Below are positions 39,301 to 54,200 of a stretch of 64,000 nucleotides of DNA, in pieces. How positions within the stretch are numbered: position 1 is the stretch's first letter; each line of letters opens with the position of its first letter. The notes under the pieces were generated by a model. The model had not been told where the DNA came from. It did not search any database and saw nothing but the letters and a program-made list of their open reading frames with translations. The stretch comes from the human T2T-CHM13v2.0 reference genome, Homo sapiens. The stretch lies in the NCBI RefSeq assembly GCF_009914755.1, contig NC_060930.1; one strand, written 5' to 3'. Both the position numbers and the translations under genes were made by a program.

Positions 39301-39706
39301 CTTATAAACCCAGACAGAAGAATTCTCAGAGTCTTCTTTGTGATGTGTGCTTTCAACTCACCGAGATAAAGATTTCTCTTGATAGAGCAATTTGGAAACA
39401 CTCTTTTTGTAGAATTTGCAAGGGTACATTGAGAGCGCTTTCAGGCCTATGGTAGAAAAGGGAATATCTTTCCATAAAAGGTAGACAGAAGCAATCTCAG
39501 AAACTACTTTGTGATGTGTGCATTCAACTCACCGAGTGCAACGTTTCTCTTGACCGAGCAGTTTGGAAACATTGTTTCTGTAGAATCTGCAAGTGGATAT
39601 TTGGACCTCTTTGAGGCCTTCGTTGGAAACGGGATTTCTTCCTATAAACCCAGACAGAAGAATTCTCAGAGACTTCTTTGTGATGTGTGAATTCAACTCA
39701 CAGTGT

Positions 39707-42257
39707 GGATCCTTCCTTTTGATAGAGCAGTTTTGAAACCCTGTTTTTGTAGTATTTCCAAGCGGATATTTGGAACGCCTTGAAGCGTATGGTAGAAAAG
39801 GAAATATCTTCCCATAAAACCTAGACAGAACCAATCTCAGAAACGACTTTGTGATGTCTGCATTCAAGTCACAGAGTTGAACATTTCTCTTGATAGAGCA
39901 GTTTTGAAACCCTCTTTCTGAAGGATCTGCAAGTGGATATTTGGAACTCCTTTGGGTCTTCGTTGGAAACGGGATTTCTTCGTATAAATCTAGACAGAAG
40001 AATTCTCAGAAACTTCCTTGTGATGTGTGCATTCAACTCAGCGAGTGGCACCTTCCTTTGGATACAGCAGTTTTGAAACACTGTTTTTGTAGTATTTCCA
40101 AGCGGATATTTAGAGCGCCTTGAAGCCTATGCTAGAAATGGAAATATCTCCCCATAAAACCAAGACAGAAGCAATCTCAGAAACTAATGTGTGATGGCTG
40201 CATTCCACACACACGGTGGACCATTTCTCTTGATAGAGCAGTTTTGAAACACTCTTTCTGTAGAATCTGCAAGTGGATAATTGGACCTCCGAGAGGCCTT
40301 CGTTGGAAACGGGATTTCTTCATCTAAACCTACAGAGAAGTATTCTCAGTAACTTCTTCGGATGTGTGCATTCGACGCACAGAATGGAACATTCCCTTTG
40401 ATAGAGCAGTTTTGAGACACCGTTTTTGTAGAATTCCCAAGTGGATATTTAGAGCACTTTGAAGTCTCTGCTAGAAAAGGAAACATCATCATGTAAAAAG
40501 TAGATAGAATCGTTCTCAGAAAGTGCTTAGTGTCGTGTGCGTTCAACTCACAGAGTTTAACGTTTCTTTTGATAGAGCGTTTCTGAAACACCCTTCTTGT
40601 AGTAGCTGCAAGTGGATATTTGGACCTATTGGAGGCCTTCTTTGGAAACGGGATTTCTTCATGTAACTCTAGATTGAAGAATTCTCAGAAACTCCTTTGT
40701 GATGTGTGCATTCAATTCAAAGAGTGAAACCTCTCTTTTCACAGAGCAGTTTTGAAACACTGTTTTTGTAGGATTTCCAAGGGGATATTTATAGCGCATT
40801 GAGCCTACGGCGGAAAAAGAAACATCTTCCTATAAAAACTAGACAGAATACTTCTCAGAATCTGCTTTGCGATGTGTGCGTTCAACTCACAGAGTAAAAC
40901 TTTTCTTTTGATAGAGCAGTTTTGAAACACTCTTTTTGTAGTATTTGCATGTGTATATTTAGAGCGCATTGAAGCCCACAGTAGAAAAGGAAATAACTTC
41001 ACCTAAAACCTAGACAGAAGCAATCTCAGAAACTACTTTGTGATGTGTACATTCAACTCACAGAGTGGAACTTTCCTCTTTATAGAGCAGTGTTGAAACA
41101 CTCTTTTTGTAGAAACTGCAAGTGGATATTTGGACCTCTTTGAGGCCTTCGTTGGAAACGGGATTTCTTCCTATAACCCTAGACAGAAGAATTTTCAGAA
41201 ACCTCATTGTGATGTGTGCGTTCATCTCACAGAGTGGAGTCTTCCGTTTGATAGAGAAGTTTTGAAACCCTGTTCTTGTAGGATTTCCAAGTGGATATTT
41301 AGACCACTTTGAAGCCTATGATAGAAAAGGAAACATCTTCATGGAAAACATAGATAGAATCATCCTCAGAAACAACTTTGTGATGTGTGCGTTGAACTCA
41401 CCGTCTTTAACCTTTCTTTTGGTAGAGAAGTTTTGAAATACTCTCTTTGTAAAGTCTACAAGTGGATATTTTGAGCCCTTGGAGGCATTCTTTGGAAAAG
41501 GGAATGTCTTCACATAAAAGGCAGACGGAAGTGTTCTCAGAAACTGCTTTGTGATGTCTGTGTTCAACTCACAGAGTTTAACATTTCCTTTGATAGAGCG
41601 GTTTAGTAACCCTCTCTTTGTAGAATTTGGAAGTGTATACTAAGAGCGCTTTGAGGCCTATGGTAGAAAAGGAAATATCTTTCCATAAAAGCTAGACAGA
41701 AGCAATCTCAGAAACTCCTCTGTGATGTCTGCATTCAACTCACCGAGTGGAACATTCCTCTTGATAGAGCAGTTTGGAAACACTCTTTCTGTAGAATCAG
41801 CTTGTTTGTATTTGGAACTCCTTGAGGCCTTCGTTGGAAACGGGTTTTCATCTTATAAACCCAGACAGAAGAATTCTCAGAGTCTTCTTTGTGATGTGTG
41901 CTTTCAACTCACCGAGTTAAAGATTTCTCTTGATAGAGCAATTTGGAAACACTCTTTTTGTAGAATTTGCAAGGGTACATTGAGAGCGCTTTCAGGCCTA
42001 TGGTAGAAAAGGGAATATCTTTCCATAAAAGGTAGACAGAAGCAATCTCAGAAACTACTTTGTGATGTGTGCATTCAACTCACCGAGTGCAACGTTCCTC
42101 TTGACCGAGCAGTTTGGAAACATTGTTTCTGTAGAATCTGCAAGTGGATATTTGGACCTCTTTGAGGCCTTCGTTGGAAACGGGATTTCTTCCTATAAAC
42201 CCAGACAGAAGAATTCTCAGAGACTTCTTTGTGATGTGTGAATTCAACTCACAGTGT
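39707..42257 (+). repeat. 15-monomer HOR structural variant B (2551 bp; 506-bp deletion)
   Basis: BamHI spacing is 2551. Junction ...CGTATA-AATCTAGACAGAAGAATTCTC-AGAAACTTCCTTG..., crossover within 39987-40007. Chimeric ORFs appear at 39869-40123. Confidence 0.95.
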
Positions 42258-45200
42258 GGATCCTTCCTTTTGATAGAGCAGTTTTGAAACCCTGTTTTTG
42301 TAGTATTTCCAAGCGGATATTTGGAACGCCTTGAAGGGTATGGTAGAAAAGGAAATATCTTCCCATAAAACCTAGACAGAACCAATCTCAGAAACGACTT
42401 TGTGATGTCTGCATTCAAGTCACAGAGTTGAACATTTCTCTTGATAGAGCAGTTTTGAAACCCTCTTTCTGAAGGATCTGCAAGTGGATATTTGGAACTC
42501 CTTTGGGTCTTCGTTGGAAACGGGATTTCTTCGTATAAATCTAGACAGAAGAATTCTCCGAAACTTCTTTGGTTGTGTGCATTCAAGTCACAGAGTGGAA
42601 CCTTCCTTTGGATAGAGCAGTTTGAAACGCCGTGGTTGTAGTATTTCCAAGCGGATATTAGAGCGCCTTGAGGCCTATGGTAGAAAAGGAAATATCTTCC
42701 CATAAAACCTAGACGGAAGCAATCTCAGAAACTACTGTGTGATGGCTGCATTCCACACACACGGTGGAACATTTCTCTTGATAGAGCAGTTTTGAAACAC
42801 TCTTTCTGTAGAATCTGCAAGTGGATAATTGGACCGCCTTGAGGCCTTCGTTGGAAACGGGATTTCTTCATGTTACTCTAGATAGAAGAATTCTCAAACA
42901 CTGCTATGTGATGTTTGCATTCAAGTCACAGAGTGCAACATTCCTCTTGGTAGAGCAGTTGGGAAACACTCCTTTTGTAGAATCTGCAATGGGATATTTG
43001 GACTTCTTTGAGGCCTTCGTTGGAAACGGGATTTCTTCGTATGAATCTAGACAGAAGAATTCTCAGAAACTTCCTTGTGATGTGTGCATTCAACTCAGCG
43101 AGTGGCACCTTCCTTTGGATACAGCAGTTTTGAAACACTGTTTTTGTAGTATTTCCAAGCGGATATTTAGAGCGCCTTGAAGCCTATGCTAGAAATGGAA
43201 ATATCTCCCCATAAAACCAAGACAGAAGCAATCTCAGAAACTAATGTGTGATGGCTGCATTCCACACACACGGTGGACCATTTCTCTTGATAGAGCAGTT
43301 TTGAAACACTCTTTCTGTAGAATCTGCAAGTGGATAATTGGACCTCCTAGAGGCCTTCGTTGGAAACGGGATTTCTTCATCTAAACCTACAGAGAAGAAT
43401 TCTCAGTAACTTCTTCGGATGTGTGCATTCGACGCACAGAATGGAACATTCACTTTGATAGAGCAGTTTTGAGACACCGTTTTTGTAGAATTCCCAAGTG
43501 GATATTTAGAGCACTTTGAAGTCTCTGCTAGAAAAGGAAACATCTTCATGTAAAAAGTAGATAGAATCGTTCTCAGAAAGTGCTTAGTGACGTGTGCGTT
43601 CAACTCACAGAGTGTAACGTTTCTTTTGATAGAGCGTTTCTGAAACACCCTTCTTGTAGTAGCTGCAAGTGGATATTTGGACCTATTGGAGGCCTTCTTT
43701 GGAAACGGGATTTCTTCATGTAACTCTAGATTGAAGAATTCTCAGAAACTCCTTTGTGATGTGTGCATTCAATTCAAAGAGTGAAACCTCCCTTTTCACA
43801 GAGCAGTTTTGAAACACTGTTTTTGTAGGATTTCCAAGGGGATATTTATAGCGCATTGAGCCTACGGCGGAAAAAGAAACATCTTCCTATAAAAACTAGA
43901 CAGAATACTTCTCAGAATCTGCTTTGCGATGTGTGCGTTCAACTCACAGAGTAAAACTTTTCTTTTGATAGAGCAGTTTTGAAACACTCTTTTTGTAGTA
44001 TTTGCATGTGTATATTTAGAGCGCATTGAAGCCCACAGTAGAAAAGGAAATAACTTCACCTAAAACCTAGACAGAAGCAATCTCAGAAACTACTTTGTGA
44101 TGTGTACATTCAACTCACAGAGTGGAACTTTCCTCTTTATAGAGCAGTGTTGAAACACTCTTTTTGTAGAAACTGCAAGTGGATATTTGGACCTCTTTGA
44201 GGCCTTCGTTGGAAACGGGATTTCTTCCTGTAACCCTAGACAGAAGAATTTTCAGAAACCTCATTGTGATGTGTGCGTTCGTCTCACAGAGTGGAGTCTT
44301 CCGTTTGATAGAGAAGTTTTGAAACCCTGTTCTTGTAGGATTTCCAAGTGGATATTTAGACCACTTTGAAGCCTATGATAGAAAAGGAAACATCTTCATG
44401 GAAAACATAGATAGAATCATCCTCAGAAACAACTTTGTGATGTGTGCGTTGAACTCACCGTCTTTAACCTTTCTTTTGGTAGAGAAGTTTTGAAACACTC
44501 TCTTTGTAAAGTCTACAAGTGGATATTTTGAGCCCTTGGAGGCATTCTTTGGAAAAGGGAATGTCTTCACATAAAAGGCAGACGGAAGTGTTCTCAGAAA
44601 CTGCTTTGTGATGTCTGTGTTCAACTCACAGAGTTTAACATTTCCTTTGATAGAGCGGTTTAGTAACCCTCTCTTTGTAGAATTTGGAAGTGTATACTAA
44701 GAGCGCTTTGAGGCCTATGGTAGAAAAGGAAATATCTTTCCATAAAAGCTAGACAGAAGCAATCTCAAAAACTCCTCTGTGATGTCTGCATTCAACTCAC
44801 CGAGTGGAACATTCCTCTTGAGAGAGCAGTTTGGAAACACTCTTTCTGTAGAATCAGCTTGTTTGTATTTGGACCTCCTTGAGGCCTTCGTTGGAAACGG
44901 GTTTTCATCTTATAAACCCAGACAGAAGAATTCTCAGAGTCTTCTTTGTGATGTGTGCTTTCAACTCACCGAGATAAAGATTTCTCTTGATAGAGCAATT
45001 TGGAAACACTCTTTTTGTAGAATTTGCAAGGGTACATTGAGAGCGCTTTCAGGCCTATGGTAGAAAAGGGAATATCTTTCCATAAAAGGTAGACAGAAGC
45101 AATCTCAGAAACTACTTTGTGATGTGTGCATTCAACTCACCGAGTGCAACGTTCCTCTTGACCGAGCAGTTTGGAAACATTGTTTCTGTAGAATCTGCAA

Positions 45201-48200
45201 GTGGATATTTGGACCTCTTTGAGGCCTTCGTTGGAAACGGGATTTCTTCCTATAAACCCAGACAGAAGAATTCTCAGAGACTTCTTTGTGATGTGTGAAT
45301 TCAACTCACAGTGTGGATCCTTCCTTTTGATAGAGCAGTTTTGAAACCCTGTTTTTGTAGTATTTCCAAGCGGATATTTGGAACGCCTTGAAGCGTATGG
45401 TAGAAAAGGAAATATCTTCCCATAAAACCTAGACAGAACCAATCTCAGAAACGACTTTGTGATGTCTGCATTCAAGTCACAGAGTTGAACATTTCTCTTG
45501 ATAGAGCAGTTTTGAAACCCTCTTTCTGAAGGATCTGCAAGTGGATATTTGGAACTCCTTTGGGTCTTCGTTGGAAACGGGATTTCTTCGTATAAATCTA
45601 GACAGAAGAATTCTCCGAAACTTCTTTGGTTGTGTGCATTCAAGTCACAGAGTGGAACCTTCCTCTGGATAGAGCAGTTTGAAACGCCGTGGTTGTAGTA
45701 TTTCCAAGCGGATATTAGAGCGCCTTGAGGCCTATGGTAGAAAAGGAAATATCTTCCCATAAAACCTAGACGGAAGCAATCTCAGAAACTACTGTGTGAT
45801 GGCTGCATTCCACACACACGGTGGAACATTTCTCTTGATAGAGCAGTTTTGAAACACTCTTTCTGTAGAATCTGCAAGTGGATAATTGGACCGCCTTGAG
45901 GCCTTCGTTGGAAACGGGATTTCTTCATGTTACTCTAGATAGAAGAATTCTCAAACACTGCTATGTGATGTTTGCATTCAAGTCACAGAGTGCAACATTC
46001 CTCTTGGTAGAGCAGTTGGGAAACACTCCTTTTGTAGAATCTGCAATGGGATATTTGGACTTCTTTGAGGCCTTCATTGGAAACGGGATTTCTTCGTATG
46101 AATCTAGACAGAAGAATTCTCAGAAACTTCCTTGTGATGTGTGCATTCAACTCAGCGAGTGGCACCTTCCTTTGGATACAGCAGTTTTGAAACACTGTTT
46201 TTGTAGTATTTCCAAGCGGATATTTAGAGCGCCTTGAAGCCTATGCTAGAAATGGAAATATCGCCCCATAAAACCAAGACAGAAGCAATCTCAGAAACTA
46301 ATGTGTGATGGCTGCATTCCACACACACGGTGGACCATTTCTCTTGATAGAGCAGTTTTGAAACACTCTTTCTGTAGAATCTGCAAGTGGATAATTGGAC
46401 CTCCTAGAGGCCTTCGTTGGAAACGGGATTTCTTCATCTAAACCTACAGAGAAGAATTCTCAGTAACTTCTTCGGATGTGTGCATTCAACTCACAGAATG
46501 GAACATTCCCTTTGATAGAGCAGTTTTGAGACACCGTTTTTGTAGAATTCCCAAGTGGATATTTAGAGCACTTTGAAGTCTCTGCTAGAAAAGGAAACAT
46601 CTTCATGTAAAAAGTAGATAGAATCGTTCTCAGAAAGTGCTTAGTGACGTGTGCGTTCAACTCACAGAGTTTAACGTTTCTTTTGATAGAGCGTTTCTGA
46701 AACACCCTTCTTGTAGTAGCTGCAAGTGGATATTTGGACCTATTGGAGGCCTTCTTTGGAAACGGGATTTCTTCATGTAACTCTAGATTGAAGAATTCTC
46801 AGAAACTCCTTTGTGATGTGTGCATTCAATTCAAAGAGTGAAACCTCCCTTTTCACAGAGCAGTTTTGAAACACTGTTTTTGTAGGATTTCCAAGGGGAT
46901 ATTTATAGCGCATTGAGCCTACGGCGGAAAAAGAAACATCTTCCTATAAAAACTAGACAGAATACTTCTCAGAATCTGCTTTGCGATGTGTGCGTTCAAC
47001 TCACAGAGTAAAACTTTTCTTTTGATAGAGCAGTTTTGAAACACTCTTTTTGTAGTATTTGCATGTGTATATTTAGAGCGCATTGAAGCCCACAGTAGAA
47101 AAGGAAATAACTTCACCTAAAACCTAGACAGAAGCAATCTCAGAAACTACTTTGTGATGTGTACATTCAACTCACAGAGTGGAACTTTCCTCTTTATAGA
47201 GCAGTGTTGAAACACTCTTTTTGTAGAAACTGCAAGTGGATATTTGGACCTCTTTGAGGCCTTCGTTGGAAACGGGATTTCTTCCTATAACCCTAGACAG
47301 AAGAATTTTCAGAAACCTCATTGTGATGTGTGCGTTCATCTCACAGAGTGGAGTCTTCCGTTTGATAGAGAAGTTTTGAAACCCTGTTCTTGTAGGATTT
47401 CCAAGTGGATATTTAGACCACTTTGAAGCCTATGATAGAAAAGGAAACATCTTCATGGAAAACATAGATAGAATCATTCTCAGAAACAACTTTGTGATGT
47501 GTGCGTTGAACTCACCGTCTTTAACCTTTCTTTTGGTAGAGAAGTTTTGAAACACTCTCTTTGTAAAGTCTACAAGTGGATATTTTGAGCCCTTGGAGGC
47601 ATTCTTTGGAAAAGGGAATGTCTTCACATAAAAGGCAGACAGAAGTGTTCTCAGAAACTGCTTTGTGATGTCTGTGTTCAACTCACATTTAACAATTCCT
47701 TTGATAGAGCGGTTTAGTAACCCTCTCTTTGTAGAATTTGGAAGTGTATACTAAGAGCGCTTTGAGGCCTATGGTAGAAAAGGAAATATCTTTCCATAAA
47801 AGCTAGACAGAAGCAATCTCAGAAACTCCTCTGTGATGTCTGCATTCAACTCACCGAGTGGAACATTCCTCTTGAGAGAGCAGTTTGGAAACACTCTTTC
47901 TGTAGAATCAGCTTGTTTGTATTTGGACCTCCTTGAGGCCTTCGTTGGAAACGGGTTTTCATCTTATAAACCCAGACAGAAGAATTCTCAGAGTCTTCTT
48001 TGTGATGTGTGCTTTCAACTCACCGAGATAAAGATTTCTCTTGATAGAGCAATTTGGAAACACTCTTTTTGTAGAATTTGCAAGGGTACATTGAGAGCGC
48101 TTTCAGGCCTATGGTAGAAAAGGGAATATCTTTCCATAAAAGGTAGACAGAAGCAATCTCAGAAACTACTTTGTGATGTGTGCATTCAACTCACCGAGTG

Positions 48201-51200
48201 CAACGTTCCTCTTGACCGAGCAGTTTGGAAACATTGTTTCTGTAGAATCTGCAAGTGGATATTTGGACCTCTTTGAGGCCTTCGTTGGAAACGGGATTTC
48301 TTCCTATAAACCCAGACAGAAGAATTCTCAGAGACTTCTTTGTGATGTGTGAATTCAACTCACAGTGTGGATCCTTCCTTTTGATAGAGCAGTTTTGAAA
48401 CCCTGTTTTTGTAGTATTTCCAAGCGGATATTTGGAACGCCTTGAAGCGTATGGTAGAAAAGGAAATATCTTCCCATAAAACCTAGACAGAACCAATCTC
48501 AGAAACGACTTTGTGATGTCTGCATTCAACTCACAGAGTTGAACATTTCTCTTGATAGAGCAGTTTTGAAACCCTCTTTCTGAAGGATCTGCAAGTGGAT
48601 ATTTGGAACTCCTTTGGGTCTTCGTTGGAAACGGGATTTCTTCGTATAAATCTAGACAGAAGAATTCTCCGAAACTTCTTTGGTTGTGTGCATTCAAGTC
48701 ACAGAGTGGAACCTTCCTTTGGATAGAGCAGTTTGAAACGCCGTGGTTGTAGTATTTCCAAGCGGATATTAGAGCGCCTTGAGGCCTATGGTAGAAAAGG
48801 AAATATCTTCCCATAAAACCTAGACGGAAGCAATCTCAGAAACTACTGTGTGATGGCTGCATTCCACACACACGGTGGAACATTTCTCTTGATAGAGCAG
48901 TTTTGAAACACTCTTTCTGTAGAATCTGCAAGTGGATAATTGGACCGCCTTGAGGCCTTCGTTGGAAACGGGATTTCTTCATGTTACTCTAGATAGAAGA
49001 ATTCTCAAACACTGCTATGTGATGTTTGCATTCAAGTCACAGAGTGCAACATTCCTCTTGGTAGAGCAGTTGGGAAACACTCCTTTTGTAGAATCTGCAA
49101 TGGGATATTTGGACTTCTTTGAGGCCTTCGTTGGAAACGGGATTTCTTCGTATGAATCTAGACAGAAGAATTCTCAGAAACTTCCTTGTGATGTGTGCAT
49201 TCAACTCAGCGAGTGGCACCTTCCTTTGGATACAGCAGTTTTGAAACACTGTTTTTGTAGTATTTCCAAGCGGATATTTAGAGCGCCTTGAAGCCTATGC
49301 TAGAAATGGAAATATCTCCCCATAAAACCAAGACAGAAGCAATCTCAGAAACTAATGTGTGATGGCTGCATTCCACACACACGGTGGACCATTTCTCTTG
49401 ATAGAGCAGTTTTGAAACACTCTTTCTGTAGAATCTGCAAGTGGATAATTGGACCTCCTAGAGGCCTTCGTTGGAAACGGGATTTCTTCATCTAAACCTA
49501 CAGAGAAGAATTCTCAGTAACTTCTTCGGATGTGTGCATTCGACGCACAGAATGGAACATTCCCTTTGATAGAGCAGTTTTGAGACACCGTTTTTGTAGA
49601 ATTCCCAAGTGGATATTTAGAGCACTTTGAAGTCTCTGCTAGAAAAGGAAACATCTTCATGTAAAAAGTAGATAGAATCGTTCTCAGAAAGTGCTTAGTG
49701 ACGTGTGCGTTCAACTCACAGAGTTTAACGTTTCTTTTGATAGAGCGTTTCTGAAACACCCTTCTTGTAGTAGCTGCAAGTGGATATTTGGACCTATTGG
49801 AGGCCTTCTTTGGAAACGGGATTTCTTCATGTAACTCTAGATTGAAGAATTCTCAGAAACTCCTTTGTGATGTGTGCATTCAATTCAAAGAGTGAAACCT
49901 CCCTTTTCACAGAGCAGTTTTGAAACACTGTTTTTGTAGGATTTCCAAGGGGATATTTATAGCACATTGAGCCTACGGCGGAAAAAGAAACATCTTCCTA
50001 TAAAAACTAGACAGAATACTTCTCAGAATCTGCTTTGCGATGTGTGCGTTCAACTCACAGAGTAAAACTTTTCTTTTGATAGAGCAGTTTTGAAACACTC
50101 TTTTTGTAGTATTTGCATGTGTATATTTAGAGCGCATTGAAGCCCACAGTAGAAAAGGAAATAACTTCACCTAAAACCTAGACAGAAGCAATCTCAGAAA
50201 CTACTTTGTGATGTGTACATTCAACTCACAGAGTGGAACTTTCCTCTTTATAGAGCAGTGTTGAAACACTCTTTTTGTAGAAACTGCAAGTGGATATTTG
50301 GACCTCTTTGAGGCCTTCGTTGGAAACGGGATTTCTTCCTATAACCCTAGACAGAAGAATTTTCAGAAACCTCATTGTGATGTGTGCGTTCATCTCACAG
50401 AGTGGAGTCTTCCGTTTGATAGAGAAGTTTTGAAACCCTGTTCTTGTAGGATTTCCAAGTGGATATTTAGACCACTTTGAAGCCTATGATAGAAAAGGAA
50501 ACATCTTCATGGAAAACATAGATAGAATCATCCTCAGAAACAACTTTGTGATGTGTGCGTTGAACTCACCGTCTTTAACCTTTCTTTTGGTAGAGAAGTT
50601 TTGAAACACTCTCTTTGTAAAGTCTACAAGAGGATATTTTGAGCCCTTGGAGGCATTCTTTGGAAAAGGGAATGTCTTCACATAAAAGGCAGACGGAAGT
50701 GTTCTCAGAAACTGCTTTGTGATGTCTGTGTTCAACTCACAGAGTTTAACATTTTCTTTGATAGAGCGGTTTAGTAACCCTCTCTTTGTAGAATTTGGAA
50801 GTGTATACTAAGAGCGCTTTGAGGCCTATGGTAGAAAAGGAAATATCTTTCCATAAAAGCTAGACAGAAGCAATCTCAGAAACTCCTCTGTGATGTCTGC
50901 ATTCAACTCACCGAGTGGAACATTCCTCTTGAGAGAGCAGTTTGGAAACACTCTTTCTGTAGAATCAGCTTGTTTGTATTTGGACCTCCTTGAGGCCTTC
51001 GTTGGAAACGGGTTTTCATCTTATAAACCCAGACAGAAGAATTCTCAGAGTCTTCTTTGTGATGTGTGCTTTCAACTCACCGAGATAAAGATTTCTCTTG
51101 ATAGAGCAATTTGGAAACACTCTTTTTGTAGAATTTGCAAGGGTACATTGAGAGCGCTTTCAGGCCTATGGTAGAAAAGGGAATATCTTTCCATAAAAGG

Positions 51201-54200
51201 TAGACAGAAGCAATCTCAGAAACTACTTTGTGATGTGTGCATTCAACTCACCGAGTGCAACGTTCCTCTTGACCGAGCAGTTTGGAAACATTGTTTCTGT
51301 AGAATCTGCAAGTGGATATTTGGACCTCTTTGAGGCCTTCGTTGGAAACGGGATTTCTTCCTATAAACCCAGACAAAAGAATTCTCAGAGACTTCTTTGT
51401 GATGTGTGAATTCAACTCACAGTGTGGATCCTTCCTTTTGATAGAGCAGTTTTGAAACCCTGTTTTTGTAGTATTTCCAAGCGGATATTTGGAACGCCTT
51501 GAAGCGTATGGTAGAAAAGGAAATATCTTCCCATAAAACCTAGACAGAACCAATCTCAGAAACGACTTTGTGATGTCTGCATTCAACTCACAGAGTTGAA
51601 CATTTCTCTTGATAGAGCAGTTTTGAAACCCTCTTTCTGAAGGATCTGCAAGTGGATATTTGGAACTCCTTTGGGTCTTCGTTGGAAACGGGATTTCTTC
51701 GTATAAATCTAGACAGAAGAATTCTCCGAAACTTCTTTGGTTGTGTGCATTCAAGTCACAGAGTGGAACCTTCCTTTGGATAGAGCAGTTTGAAACGCCG
51801 TGGTTGTAGTATTTCCAAGCGGATATTAGAGCGCCTTGAGGCCTATGGTAGAAAAGGAAATATCTTCCCATAAAACCTAGACGGAAGCAATCTCAGAAAC
51901 TACTGTGTGATGGCTGCATTCCACACACACGGTGGAACATTTCTCTTGATAGAGCAGTTTTGAAACACTCTTTCTGTAGAATCTGCAAGTGGATAATTGG
52001 ACCGCCTTGAGGCCTTCGTTGGAAACGGGATTTCTTCATGTTACTCTAGATAGAAGAATTCTCAAACACTGCTATGTGATGTTTGCATTCAAGTCACAGA
52101 GTGCAACATTCCTCTTGGTAGAGCAGTTGGGAAACACTCCTTTTGTAGAATCTGCAATGGGATATTTGGACTTCTTTGAGGCCTTCGTTGGAAACGGGAT
52201 TTCTTCGTATGAATCTAGACAGAAGAATTCTCAGAAACTTCCTTGTGATGTGTGCATTCAACTCAGCGAGTGGCACCTTCCTTTGGATACAGCAGTTTTG
52301 AAACACTGTTTTTGTAGTATTTCCAAGCGGATATTTAGAGCGCCTTGAAGCCTATGCTAGAAATGGAAATATCTCCCCATAAAACCAAGACAGAAGCAAT
52401 CTCAGAAACTAATGTGTGATGGCTGCATTCCACACACACGGTGGACCATTTCTCTTGATAGAGCAGTTTTGAAACACTCTTTCTGTAGAATCTGCAAGTG
52501 GATAATTGGACCTCCTAGAGGCCTTCGTTGGAAACGGGATTTCTTCATCTAAACCTACAGAGAAGAATTCTCAGTAACTTCTTCGGATGTGTGCATTCGA
52601 CTCACAGAATGGAACATTCCCTTTGATAGAGCAGTTTTGAGACACCGTTTTTGTAGAATTCCCAAGTGGATATTTAGAGCACTTTGAAGTCTCTGCTAGA
52701 AAAGGAAACATCTTCATGTAAAAAGTAGATAGAATCGTTCTCAGAAAGTGCTTAGTGACGTGTGCGTTCAACTCACAGAGTTTAACGTTTCTTTTGATAG
52801 AGCGTTTCTGAAACACCCTTCTTGTAGTAGCTGCAAATGGATATTTGGACCTATTGGAGGCCTTCTTTGGAAACGGGATTTCTTCATGTAACTCTAGATT
52901 GAAGAATTCTCAGAAACTCCTTTGTGATGTGTGCATTCAATTCAAAGAGTGAAACCTCCCTTTTCACAGAGCAGTTTTGAAACACTGTTTTTGTAGGATT
53001 TCCAAGGGGATATTTATAGCACATTGAGCCTACGGCGGAAAAAGAAACATCTTCCTATAAAAACTAGACAGAATACTTCTCAGAATCTGCTTTGCGATGT
53101 GTGCGTTCAACTCACAGAGTAAAACTTTTCTTTTGATAGAGCAGTTTTGAAACACTCTTTTTGTAGTATTTGCATGTGTATATTTAGAGCGCATTGAAGC
53201 CCACAGTAGAAAAGGAAATAACTTCACCTAAAACCTAGACAGAAGCAATCTCAGAAACTACTTTGTGATGTGTACATTCAACTCACAGAGTGGAACTTTC
53301 CTCTTTATAGAGCAGTGTTGAAACACTCTTTTTGTAGAAACTGCAAGTGGATATTTGGACCTCTTTGAGGCCTTCGTTGGAAACGGGATTTCTTCCTATA
53401 ACCCTAGACAGAAGAATTTTCAGAAACCTCATTGTGATGTGTGCGTTCATCTCACAGAGTGGAGTCTTCCGTTTGATAGAGAAGTTTTGAAACCCTGTTC
53501 TTGTAGGATTTCCAAGTGGATATTTAGACCACTTTGAAGCCTATGATAGAAAAGGAAACATCTTCATGGAAAACATAGATAGAATCATCCTCAGAAACAA
53601 CTTTGTGATGTGTGCGTTGAACTCACCGTCTTTAACCTTTCTTTTGGTAGAGAAGTTTTGAAACACTCTCTTTGTAAAGTCTACAAGTGGATATTTTGAG
53701 CCCTTGGAGGCATTCTTTGGAAAAGGGAATGTCTTCACATAAAAGGCAGACGGAAGTGTTCTCAGAAACTGCTTTGTGATGTCTGTGTTCAACTCACAGA
53801 GTTTAACATTTCCTTTGATAGAGCGGTTTAGTAACCCTCTCTTTGTAGAATTTGGAAGTGTATACTAAGAGCGCTTTGAGGCCTATGGTAGAAAAGGAAA
53901 TATCTTTCCATAAAAGCTAGACAGAAGCAATCTCAGAAACTCCTCTGTGATGTCTGCATTCAACTCACCGAGTGGAACATTCCTCTTGAGAGAGCAGTTT
54001 GGAAACACTCTTTCTGTAGAATCAGCTTGTTTGTATTTGGACCTCCTTGAGGCCTTCGTTGGAAACGGGTTTTCATCTTATAAACCCAGACAGAAGAATT
54101 CTCAGAGTCTTCTTTGTGATGTGTGCTTTCAACTCACCGAGATAAAGATTTCTCTTGATAGAGCAATTTGGAAACACTCTTTTTGTAGAATTTGCAAGGG

